This document shows positions 56,106-64,000 of a stretch of 64,000 nucleotides of DNA, in pieces. The notes below the pieces were generated by a model. It had not been told where the DNA came from. It did no database searches and saw only the letters and a list, made by a program, of their open reading frames with translations. The stretch's first letter is position 1, and the number at the start of each line of letters is the position of its first letter. The stretch is from an uncultured Candidatus Saccharibacteria bacterium (GTDB lineage: Bacteria; Patescibacteriota; Minisyncoccia; UBA6257; WO2-44-18), in contig CAZWVU010000002.1 in NCBI GenBank assembly GCA_964637575.1, forward strand, positions 18,824 to 82,823, written 5' to 3'. A program made the position numbers and the translations under genes.

Positions 56106-57149
56106 CTAGAGGTATTGGGTCAAGGCGAAAATCGCTAGTCCGAGCGCTGAAAAAATCACGGAAATAATCCAGAACCGCATCGTGACTTTCGATTCCGGCC
56201 AGCCGAGCGCTTCAAAATGATGGTGAATCGGGGTCGAAATAAAAATCTTCTTGCCGCGGAACTTTTTGCTGATGAGCTGAATGATGACTGAAAATGACTC
56301 AATTACCAGAATCGGCGCGAACAACGGCAGAAGAAGGGTGGTGTTGGTAAGCATGGAGATTACTCCCATGGTGATGCCGAGCGACATGGAGCCGGTGTCC
56401 CCCATAAAAAACCGGGCCGGATAAATGTTGAACCATAAGAAGGCCAGCATCGCCCCGATCGTCACCCCGCCGAACGTGGCGAGATGATAGCGGTGCAGGA
56501 CAAAGGCCACCACCGTAAGCGCGATGTAGGCAAAAAGCATCACGCCGCCGAGCAGCCCGTCGAGGCCGTCGGTTTCATTCGCGGAAAAGGCGCTCGCGAC
56601 GATGATGAAAATAAACAGCGGAATGTACCACCAGCCGATCGTCACGTTGCCCACGAAAGGCACGGAGAGCACGTCCCACTGAAGCCGGTAATAAAACCAG
56701 AAGGCCGCGATCACCGCAAATAAAAGATACATCACCAGCTTCTGACTTATCCGCAGTCCGCCGCCATTGGGACCGATCCGCAACACTCCCAGAAAGTCGT
56801 CGGCCAGGCCGAGCAGGGCGGCGAGCAGCATCGCCGCGAGCGGCAGATAGGTCTGGGCGCGGTCAAGAAAGCTCAGGTAGCCCCAGAACCCGTCGAAGAG
56901 CCAGCTCAAAAGTGCGAGGAGGAGCGCGATGCCGATGACCGTCGCCCAGATGATGATGCCGCCCATCGTGGGCGTGCCTTCTTTTTTCGCGTGCAACTGA
57001 GAAAACACCGGCGCCGAATCGCTGGTGCGGATCTGTTTTTTTATGCCGAACCGGAATAAAAGTTTCGTGACCAGCGGCGTAATAAAAATCGCCGTGGAAA
57101 AGGCAATAATAGAAAGCCCGATGATTCTAACGGCCTGTAAAACGATCAT
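56106..57149 (-). CDS. mraY: phospho-N-acetylmuramoyl-pentapeptide transferase
   Basis: 347 aa; DGLDGL and MGDTGSMSLG motifs. Confidence 0.93.
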   Translation of the reverse strand: MIVLQAVRIIGLSIIAFSTAIFITPLVTKLLFRFGIKKQIRTSDSAPVFSQLHAKKEGTPTMGGIIIWATVIGIALLLALLSWLFDGFWGYLSFLDRAQTYLPLAAMLLAALLGLADDFLGVLRIGPNGGGLRISQKLVMYLLFAVIAAFWFYYRLQWDVLSVPFVGNVTIGWWYIPLFIFIIVASAFSANETDGLDGLLGGVMLFAYIALTVVAFVLHRYHLATFGGVTIGAMLAFLWFNIYPARFFMGDTGSMSLGITMGVISMLTNTTLLLPLFAPILVIESFSVIIQLISKKFRGKKIFISTPIHHHFEALGWPESKVTMRFWIISVIFSALGLAIFALTQYL

Positions 57150-58017
57150 AAAGAAGCTTGGTGTCTTTGGCCCGGTCGTCGCTGCCGAGCACGATAATCA
57201 AAAGCGGCCGGTTCTGGTAACGAAATAATGATATCAGATTGCCGCTTGCCTCATCAATAAAACCGGTCTTGCCGCCGATGAAATTCTCCTGTTTCGCGAA
57301 TGGATGGATGTTGCCTTCGCGCTCGCGCGTGATCGCGAAAATGTCGGGATGATGATTGAAAATGTAGATCACCAGTTTTTCCAGATCGCTCGCCATCGAC
57401 TGATTGAGCGCGGAAAGCCCGCTCGGGTCAAAGTAGCGCGTATTGTACATGCCCAGCGACACCGCTTTCTGATTCATCATTTCAATGAATTCTTCCCGTC
57501 CCCCGTATTCCGCGAGCGCTTCGGCCGCGTCATTGCTGGAAACTTTGAGGAGCGCATGCAGCAGTTCGTCCCGGCTGTAGATTTTTCCCGCCACCAGATT
57601 TCCCGCGGCACCTTCGGTGTCCACCGCGCGCTGGCTGACCCGGATGCTGCCGTGCTCGTTGATCGTTTCCGCCGCGATCACCGCGGTCATTAATTTTGTC
57701 AGCGAGGCGACCGGCCACTGCTGATTGGGATTATTCGAAAAAAGCGTTTCGTTGTTGTCGATATAAAGAACCGCCGCGGACGACGCGGTGATTGCCGGCG
57801 GCGTTTCCGGTAAGGAAGCCTCGCCGGCCGGCTTCCCGACAACCGGCGCGATCTCCGCGAGCTGGCGGACCTGGGCGCTCGCGACAATACTCGTCTGCTC
57901 GGGCCGGTCGGTATAGACAACTTCATCGGAACTTCCTCGCCGCGCGTTGCCAATTAAAACCGAAACCAGCACGACCAGCGAAAAAACCAGGCTGTATACT
58001 TTATTCTGGTCGAACAT
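57127..58017 (-). CDS. D-alanyl-D-alanine carboxypeptidase (serine-type, PBP5/S11-like)
   Basis: 296 aa; signal peptide; SLTK (SxxK) active-site motif. Confidence 0.75.
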   Translation of the reverse strand: MFDQNKVYSLVFSLVVLVSVLIGNARRGSSDEVVYTDRPEQTSIVASAQVRQLAEIAPVVGKPAGEASLPETPPAITASSAAVLYIDNNETLFSNNPNQQWPVASLTKLMTAVIAAETINEHGSIRVSQRAVDTEGAAGNLVAGKIYSRDELLHALLKVSSNDAAEALAEYGGREEFIEMMNQKAVSLGMYNTRYFDPSGLSALNQSMASDLEKLVIYIFNHHPDIFAITREREGNIHPFAKQENFIGGKTGFIDEASGNLISLFRYQNRPLLIIVLGSDDRAKDTKLLYDRFTGR

Positions 58018-58552
58018 CGGTGGGATTCCTTAATTGCTCGATAAGCTGGCGGAATTTTTCATATTCCGGCAGGACTTCCACATTAGCGATACCGAGATGC
58101 CGGACCAGATCCATGCTGGCGGTATACACGAACGCGTTGGCCCGCTTGGAATCCTGCGTCCGCTCAACCAATCCGCGGATGAGAAGATTCCGGAGCGTGA
58201 AACTGGAATTCACGCCGCGGATATATTCGATTTCGGCGCGGGAAATCGGTCCCGCATAGGTGACGATGGCGAGCGTTTCCAGCGCCGCCGGAGTGAGCGA
58301 TTCGTGGACCTCTTCCTTAATCACGGATTCCAGCAATCCCGAAAAGTCCGGCTTCGTGGTGAGCTGGATGCGGCCCTTGTCTTCGACAAGCGCCAGCCCC
58401 CGGTCTTCGCGCTTCAGCCGCTCGGAAAGCACCTTGACCGCCTCGTGGATTTCCGTCTCCCCCGCCTGTAAGGTCTTGGCGAGCTTCTTATAATCCATCG
58501 GCTCTCCATATATATAGAGGAGCGCCTCCAGCTTTCCGATAAGGTTATCCAT
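58001..58552 (-). CDS. scpB: segregation and condensation protein B
   Basis: Start MDNLIGKLEALLYIYGEP; winged-helix ScpB sequence; overlaps scpA end. Confidence 0.85.
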   Translation of the reverse strand: MDNLIGKLEALLYIYGEPMDYKKLAKTLQAGETEIHEAVKVLSERLKREDRGLALVEDKGRIQLTTKPDFSGLLESVIKEEVHESLTPAALETLAIVTYAGPISRAEIEYIRGVNSSFTLRNLLIRGLVERTQDSKRANAFVYTASMDLVRHLGIANVEVLPEYEKFRQLIEQLRNPTDVRPE

Positions 58553-59267
58553 TGTTGGTTGTTGATTGTTCCACGGTAATGTCGCTGAACTGTTCGCCCT
58601 GATGCACATGCACCACCCGGTCTTTCAAAAGATGGAGAATGGCGAGGAAGAGCACGATCACTTCCTGACGGGATTTTTGCTGGGCCAGCGTGCGGAAACT
58701 GTGCTGGCCGGCGTCTTTAAATCTATTTAATAACTCTTCCATCTTTTCTTCAATAGAGACGACTGCCCGCTTCACTGTCTGGGTTTCCGGAATCAGCGCC
58801 TGCAGCGCCGCGGCAAGATTGTTGACCGCCCTTACCAGATCGCTCACCTTCAACTCCTTGGGCGGATAGAACACCGCCGAATCTCCCAACGAGGAAAGCA
58901 GTTGGCGGCCGTAGGAAATGCTGCTCTTATCCCAGATTTTTTTGAGATATTCGGCCGCTGTTTTGAATTCCCGGTAGATTTTCAGACGCCCCTCCAGGTC
59001 TTTGATGTCCTCCTCTTCTTCTTTCGTCAGCTCGAGCATCGGCAGAAGCACTTTTGATTTGATGAGCACGAGCTTCGCCGCCACCACAAGAAAATCTGCC
59101 ACCACTCCCGGCTCGCTCCGCTCCCCCATCTCCTTCACATACCGGAGAAAATCGCCGGTCACTTCGGCAAGACTGATCTGGGTAATTTCCAGCTTTTTCT
59201 CCTCGATCAGTTCGAGCAATTTTCCGAGTGGACCGGTAAATTTTTCTGTTTTGACTTCGTAGGCCAT
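58545..59267 (-). CDS. scpA: segregation and condensation protein A
   Basis: 240 aa; MAYEVKTEKFTGPLGKLLELIEEKKLEITQISLAEVT typical ScpA N-terminus. Confidence 0.88.
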   Translation of the reverse strand: MAYEVKTEKFTGPLGKLLELIEEKKLEITQISLAEVTGDFLRYVKEMGERSEPGVVADFLVVAAKLVLIKSKVLLPMLELTKEEEEDIKDLEGRLKIYREFKTAAEYLKKIWDKSSISYGRQLLSSLGDSAVFYPPKELKVSDLVRAVNNLAAALQALIPETQTVKRAVVSIEEKMEELLNRFKDAGQHSFRTLAQQKSRQEVIVLFLAILHLLKDRVVHVHQGEQFSDITVEQSTTNNG

Positions 59268-59268
59268 A

Positions 59269-60507
59269 TTATTGCTGCGCAGCGGGTTCCGGCTTCAGCG
59301 CGTCTTTGGTGTACACGTTGGAAGGATTCCAGATCATCCAGCCGCCGTAAAATTCCGGAGTATTCGAGGCGGCGTCATCCCACGCCTGGATTTCCGCCCG
59401 GACCTTGGCAGCATCGTACGTCGCGCCCAGACTAAAATCCTGAATCCACGGCCGGAGCTTCGCCATGGGAGTGGTGGACGCGATAATACTCAACTGTTTT
59501 TCCCGAGCCACCGCGTGATCCATTGAATACCGGATCACTTGATAAGGCGCCAGCGCCGGGTTCTGGTAACCGATAAATCCCGCCGCGTAATGCGATGGGT
59601 AGACCATCGGCGCCACCGCGTCGAAATTCGGCAGGGCGTATTCAAGTTCCTGGCCGATCCCTAACCCGTCGTGGTTCACGGTGGTAAGTCCGAAGATATC
59701 GGCAGAAATTTTCCCATCCGGAACCTGGCGGCGGAGATACGACCAGAAATCCCGGATGATGCTCACCTTCAGTGTTTTCTCGTCCCAGAGGGGAAATCTG
59801 ATATCGGTCAATTTCCCGTCGGAAGCGAACCGGACATAATCAAAATTCGCCTCATCGAATCCCCGCGCGAGAATTTCTTTCGCGACCGAAATATTGTAAT
59901 TCCAGACTTCCGGAGACGAAGGATCCATCCACATCAGTCCTTTCTGGTCTTTCCAGGTTTTGCCCGTCGAAGACGCGATCAGGGCAAGGTCCGGACGCGC
60001 GAGCGCCAGACGCGTATCCTGGAATGTGGAAATGCGGCCGATCACGTAAATATTGTTGTCATGCAGCCGCTTGATGAGCGCGTTCAATTTGGGAATGCGC
60101 AGCTCCACCGCGTTATACTTTTTCGGCAACTCCAGATCGGTGTTGTAGGCAATATAGCCGGAGTAATCTTTGACGTCGATCACGATGGCATTGAGCTCGG
60201 TATCATTGATGAGCTTGATTAAATACCCCAGTTTCTTTTCGCTGCTCACCGCCCAGCTCGTCGCGTAGATCGCCTTGATCACTGTGGGCGGGTTGGCCAG
60301 ATGCGGCTGGGGCGGAAGATCGGCATTGACGGGAAGCGCCGCCGCGACAGTATTGGTGGCGTTTCCCGCATGGTTGATGACAATCGAATTTTGCGCGAAC
60401 AAAAAAATTCCCGCGCCTACGGATGCCAGACCCAGAAATAACAAAGAAACTTTAAACCCCATTCGCTTCAATTCTTTTATGGTACGACTAATATGTGTTT
60501 TCTCCAA
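59269..60507 (-). CDS. putative secreted glycoside-hydrolase-like TIM-barrel protein (DUF4015-like)
   Basis: 412 aa; signal-anchor; resemblance to putative glycosyl hydrolase domain family is from memory only. Confidence 0.4.
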   Translation of the reverse strand: MEKTHISRTIKELKRMGFKVSLLFLGLASVGAGIFLFAQNSIVINHAGNATNTVAAALPVNADLPPQPHLANPPTVIKAIYATSWAVSSEKKLGYLIKLINDTELNAIVIDVKDYSGYIAYNTDLELPKKYNAVELRIPKLNALIKRLHDNNIYVIGRISTFQDTRLALARPDLALIASSTGKTWKDQKGLMWMDPSSPEVWNYNISVAKEILARGFDEANFDYVRFASDGKLTDIRFPLWDEKTLKVSIIRDFWSYLRRQVPDGKISADIFGLTTVNHDGLGIGQELEYALPNFDAVAPMVYPSHYAAGFIGYQNPALAPYQVIRYSMDHAVAREKQLSIIASTTPMAKLRPWIQDFSLGATYDAAKVRAEIQAWDDAASNTPEFYGGWMIWNPSNVYTKDALKPEPAAQQ

Positions 60508-60634
60508 GACATCCGGGAACGATCCATTGACTTTTAGACTTATTTATCTTAATATTCAGGCAGAACTTTTTCGCAAACTCTGGGAAGAGAGGCCAGAGAG
60601 AAAATAAAGGTGGGTAAGAGCAGAGGGTTCGCAT

Positions 60635-61120
60635 ATGAGCCGCACCGTGAGAATTCGCGCGACCAGGAAAAACGGCGAGGGATTGGACTGCGTGCTCCTG
60701 GTGTTGGAAACCGGCGAGCACAAAACGATCAATCCAAACTTCAGTTTCGACAAGGGCGCGGGCTGGGGTCTTCCCGGCGGACGAGTCCAGCCCGGAGAAG
60801 ACATCTGGAATGCCGCGATCCGGGAATTCAAGGAAGAAACGGGATTGCCAGGAGAAACGATTATTCCTCCCGACCCGGCGGCGCGCATCAAGCACACGGA
60901 AAGCCATGTCATCCTGCTTTTCGAAGCCAAGGATCCGGATGGCGCGCTTCTCCCCCAGGATCCGGCGATCGTCCGCGCGGAATGGGTTCCGCTGGCGTAT
61001 CTGATTCCCGACGAGGACGGCAGAATCCAGCCGATCCCCCACAACGGGAAAGAGTATCCGGTGTATGCGATGCACCAGCCGATGATCCTTCTCAATTTTT
61101 CAAACGTGACCCTGGTCTGA
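60635..61120 (+). CDS. NUDIX hydrolase
   Basis: Nudix box GGRVQPGEDIWNAAIREFKEETGL. Confidence 0.88.
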   Translation: MSRTVRIRATRKNGEGLDCVLLVLETGEHKTINPNFSFDKGAGWGLPGGRVQPGEDIWNAAIREFKEETGLPGETIIPPDPAARIKHTESHVILLFEAKDPDGALLPQDPAIVRAEWVPLAYLIPDEDGRIQPIPHNGKEYPVYAMHQPMILLNFSNVTLV

Positions 61121-61135
61121 CCAGGGTCTTTTTTA
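61108..61135 (+). terminator. rho-independent terminator (stop codon in loop)
   Basis: gaccctgg-tctga-ccagggtc + TTTTTT. Confidence 0.65.
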
Positions 61136-61153
61136 TGCTAGAATACTATTTAT

Positions 61154-62254
61154 ATGAGTCTGGCACTTTACCGGAAATACCGGCCGAAAAGCTTTGAAGA
61201 GCTGATCGGACAGGAAGAAATTTCCCGCGTGCTCCGCAATGCTGCCAAGCTCGGCAAGCTCGCGCACGCGTATCTCTTTTTCGGCCCACGCGGCACCGGC
61301 AAAACAACGATCGCCCGTCTGGTAGCGAAAGTCGCCAATTGCCTGAAGCCTAAGAACGGCGAGCCCTGCAATGCCTGCGCTCACTGCGAAGAAATCGACG
61401 CCGGCCGGGCGCTCGACGTGGTGGAAATCGACGCAGCCTCCAACCGCGGCATTGATGATGTCCGCGCACTCCGCGAAGGCGCCCGCGTCGCCCCGTCGTC
61501 CTATCCCTACAAGATATTTATCCTGGATGAAGCGCACATGCTTTCCCGCGACGCGGCCAACGCGCTGCTGAAGACACTGGAAGAACCGCCGGCCCACGCG
61601 ATTCTGATCCTTGCCACCACGGAACTGGAAAAAATCCCGGCCACCATCACGTCCCGCTGCCAGCGTTTCCGTTTCAAAAAAATCGCCATTGACGCCATTG
61701 TCAAAAAACTGGAGACGGTAGCCGTCGCGGAAAAAATAAAAATCAGCGGGGACGCCCTGGAATTGATCGCCGCCTCAGCCGACGGCAGCGTGCGCGACGC
61801 CGAATCGCTCCTCGGCCAGATCACCTCCCTTGCCGGCGCGGTAACTATTGAAAGCGTGGAAAAAATCATCGGCAAGGTCGGCCAGGCCCGCACCGCCGAA
61901 TTTTCCGGACTCCTGCTCGCGGGTGATCTGAGCGCATCGCTGAAATATCTTTCCGAGCTGGAAACCGGCGGCCACAATCTCGTGGATTTCAACAAAGAAC
62001 TGATCCACTACTGGCGGCGCCTGCTGTCGCTCAAATTTGATCCCACGCTGGAAAAAATTTACACCGCCGAACTCACTAAAAAGGAACTGGAGACGATGAA
62101 ACAACAGGGCGCGCTCGTGGATCCCAAAAAACATCTCAATCTCGTGAAGTCCCTCATCCGTGCGTACAGCGAAATGCGCTACTCCCCCTTCGCCATCGTT
62201 CCGCTTGAAGTGGCGATCATTGAGAATCTCCAACCCGAAGAAAAAAGGAAGTAA
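61154..62254 (+). CDS. dnaX: DNA polymerase III subunit gamma/tau (short form)
   Basis: GPRGTGKTT Walker A, CxxC..C zinc module NGEPCNACAHCEE, DEAHMLS Walker B, SRCQRF sensor. Confidence 0.92.
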   Translation: MSLALYRKYRPKSFEELIGQEEISRVLRNAAKLGKLAHAYLFFGPRGTGKTTIARLVAKVANCLKPKNGEPCNACAHCEEIDAGRALDVVEIDAASNRGIDDVRALREGARVAPSSYPYKIFILDEAHMLSRDAANALLKTLEEPPAHAILILATTELEKIPATITSRCQRFRFKKIAIDAIVKKLETVAVAEKIKISGDALELIAASADGSVRDAESLLGQITSLAGAVTIESVEKIIGKVGQARTAEFSGLLLAGDLSASLKYLSELETGGHNLVDFNKELIHYWRRLLSLKFDPTLEKIYTAELTKKELETMKQQGALVDPKKHLNLVKSLIRAYSEMRYSPFAIVPLEVAIIENLQPEEKRK

Positions 62255-63153
62255 TGGCGCTTTTCTTATTCGCACTTCTAAACCCGATTTTCCATTCCTG
62301 GGCGAATGTGGTGGATAATTATCTCAGCAACCGTCTGTTCCGCAATATCAGCTCAGTAATTTTTTACGGCATCATCATTGGCCCGTTCCTTCTGCCAGTG
62401 CTGTTTTTGTTTGAAATTCCGTCCCTGCCCCCGGTATGGATCTGGCCGGCGTTTCTCATCGTCGGCCTCACGGAGATTGGCTATCTGTTCCCTTATTACA
62501 AAGCGCTCCAATATGAGGACACCGCGGTGGTCAGTTCGCTTTTCTCTATCGGCAAAATATTTATTCCGGTACTCGCTCACTTTGTCGTCGGCGAAACACT
62601 CAGCGCCACGCGATACATCGGTTTTTTCACCATCGTCTTAAGCAGTACGCTGGTCTCGCTGAACGGCCGCCGGGGGAGGCTCCGTCTGAACAAATCGTTT
62701 TTCTATATGGTAGTCGCTTCACTCATCGGCACCGTGGACTGGGTAGCGTACAAATATCTCCTCAATACCGTCAGTTGGTCGACGGCATATATCGGCACAT
62801 CACTTGCTACCGTCATCCTTCTGCTCGTATTCGTCTTCCTTTTCTCCACCGTGAGAAAAAATATTGCCGCCGATTTCCCTGCCTTCCGGAAAAATTTCTG
62901 GTGGCTCAGCTTGGAAGATGTTCTGTCCATGGCGGGATCGGTCGTTGCTATCTACGCCCTGTCCAGGGCGCCGGTCACGCTGATCACCGGAATTGTTTCC
63001 ATCCAGCCAATCTTTGTCCTTCTCAACGCGGTTCTCTTTTCGAAACTTTCACCGAATGGTATGTTTCACGAAAAAATTGATGGCGTCAGTATTTTTAAGA
63101 AGACACTGCTCTTCGCGCTCACCGGTTTTGGTCTGTACTTAGTAATGAGATAG
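62254..63153 (+). CDS. DMT superfamily (EamA-like) membrane transporter
   Basis: 299 aa, ~10 TM in two similar halves; ATG overlaps dnaX stop. Confidence 0.5.
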   Translation: MALFLFALLNPIFHSWANVVDNYLSNRLFRNISSVIFYGIIIGPFLLPVLFLFEIPSLPPVWIWPAFLIVGLTEIGYLFPYYKALQYEDTAVVSSLFSIGKIFIPVLAHFVVGETLSATRYIGFFTIVLSSTLVSLNGRRGRLRLNKSFFYMVVASLIGTVDWVAYKYLLNTVSWSTAYIGTSLATVILLLVFVFLFSTVRKNIAADFPAFRKNFWWLSLEDVLSMAGSVVAIYALSRAPVTLITGIVSIQPIFVLLNAVLFSKLSPNGMFHEKIDGVSIFKKTLLFALTGFGLYLVMR

Positions 63154-63168
63154 TGATACTATTTTTCA

Positions 63169-64000
63169 TATGAAAACTTCAAAATATTTAGGTTCGGTCC
63201 TGCTTTCGGTCGCGTTATTGTCGTTCAACTTAGGCACTCCAATCGTCCTCGCGGATAACGGCGGTCATGCCGCAGTCTGCGCGCCGGGCAATAAAGATGA
63301 AGCGCACTGCCACGCACGCGTCGTTACCGACAAAGGCGGCGGCCCGGCGGTTTCTTCCGTGCCGAGCGGCTTTTCGCCGGCACAGCTGCATAACGCGTAC
63401 GCTTCAGCGGTCAATGCTCCGGTCAATCAGGTCATTGCCATCGTCGATGCCTATGATCACCTGAGTATTTTGAGCGATCTCAATACCTATAGTTCTACCT
63501 ATGGCATTCCGGGCTTGCCGGCCTGCTCCGGCCCCGCCGCCTCTTCCCCGACGCCCTGCTTCCAGAAAGTAAATCAACTGGGCGGCACGAGCTATCCTTC
63601 CGCCAACGCCGGCTGGGCGCTGGAAATCGCGCTGGACGTGGAAGTCGCGCACGCGATGTGCCAGAACTGCAGTATTCTTCTCGTGGAAGCAAATTCCAAC
63701 TCCTTTGGCGATCTCATGGCGGCGGAAGACCGGGCCGTGACGCTCGGAGCGAATGAAATTTCCAATTCCTACGGCGCCTCCGAGTTCTCCGGCGAAACCG
63801 GCTACGACGCGCATTTCAATCATCCGGGCGTGGCCATCACCGCGAGCTCCGGCGACAGCGGCTACGGCCCGCAGTACCCGGCGGCATCGCAATACGTGAC
63901 GGCAGTCGGCGGCACCAGCTTGTATCTCAACGCTGACAACTCTTATAACCACGAAAACGCCTGGGGCGGCGCCGGCAGCGGTTGCAGTTCGTTTGAAATC
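63169..64000 (+). CDS. secreted subtilisin-like (S8/S53) serine peptidase, N-terminal part; runs off window end
   Basis: Own translation from ATG 63169: MKTSKYLGSVLLSVALLSFNLGTPIVLA (signal) ...IAIVDAYDH...SSGDSGYG...AVGGTS; no stop before 64000. Confidence 0.5.

Noticed and set aside
63404-63952. 182-aa minus-strand ORF at the window end
   Set aside because: It lies antisense to a plus-strand frame that encodes a signal peptide plus subtilisin-like S8/S53 motifs, and it is Arg/Gly/Ala-rich. The plus-strand peptidase is the real gene.

Overview
This 64-kb window is a GC-rich (by eye well above 50%), tightly packed bacterial chromosomal segment with almost no mobile-element signatures. I found no rRNA, tRNA, CRISPR array, transposase or integrase.

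Positions 577–18436 carry an almost complete str–S10–spc ribosomal super-operon on the + strand: rpsL, rpsG, fusA, tuf, rpsJ, rplC/D/W/B, rpsS, rplV, rpsC, rplP, rpmC, rpsQ, rplN/X/E, a Zn-type S14, rpsH, rplF/R, rpsE, rplO, secY, adk and map. Two non-ribosomal genes are inserted between fusA and tuf. Several peculiarities stand out:
- there is no L30 gene between rpsE and rplO;
- L3 is only 139 aa;
- S5 has a Gly/Arg-rich N-terminal repeat;
- L24 ends in a CxxC…CxxC tail;
- S19 and L22 have C-terminal extensions.
I associate this pattern with reduced, Patescibacteria/CPR-like lineages, but that is inference only.

The remaining ~46 kb (18.5–64 kb) mixes housekeeping genes with unusual ones. 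Housekeeping genes include murC, ychF, alr, serS, lysS, greA, gltX, murG, ftsW, mraY, a dacA-like carboxypeptidase, scpAB, a Nudix hydrolase and dnaX. The less expected content is:
- a minus-strand operon built around a membrane-anchored VirD4/TraG-like (FtsK/HerA superfamily) ATPase, sitting next to a Cas4/RecB-like PD-(D/E)XK nuclease that is translationally coupled to murC;
- two GT39 (PMT/ArnT-like) glycosyltransferases plus a DPM1-like GT2;
- a P-loop NTPase–CYTH fusion;
- a β-oxidation trio (thiolase, FadB-like, acyl-CoA dehydrogenase) in which each gene has its own terminator followed by a conserved promoter-like motif;
- several small Zn-ribbon and membrane proteins inserted in the dcw/mraY region.

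The most unusual signals are non-coding:
1. Four intergenic copies of a hairpin element share an invariant 23-nt core, while their outer stems differ but stay complementary in every copy.
2. A second two-copy structured element shows a compensatory base-pair change and shares sequence modules with the first family.
3. At 47.58–47.81 kb an ORF-less unit runs from a near-consensus σ70 promoter, overlapped by a perfect 8-4-8 palindrome, to a rho-independent terminator. I read this as a candidate small RNA.
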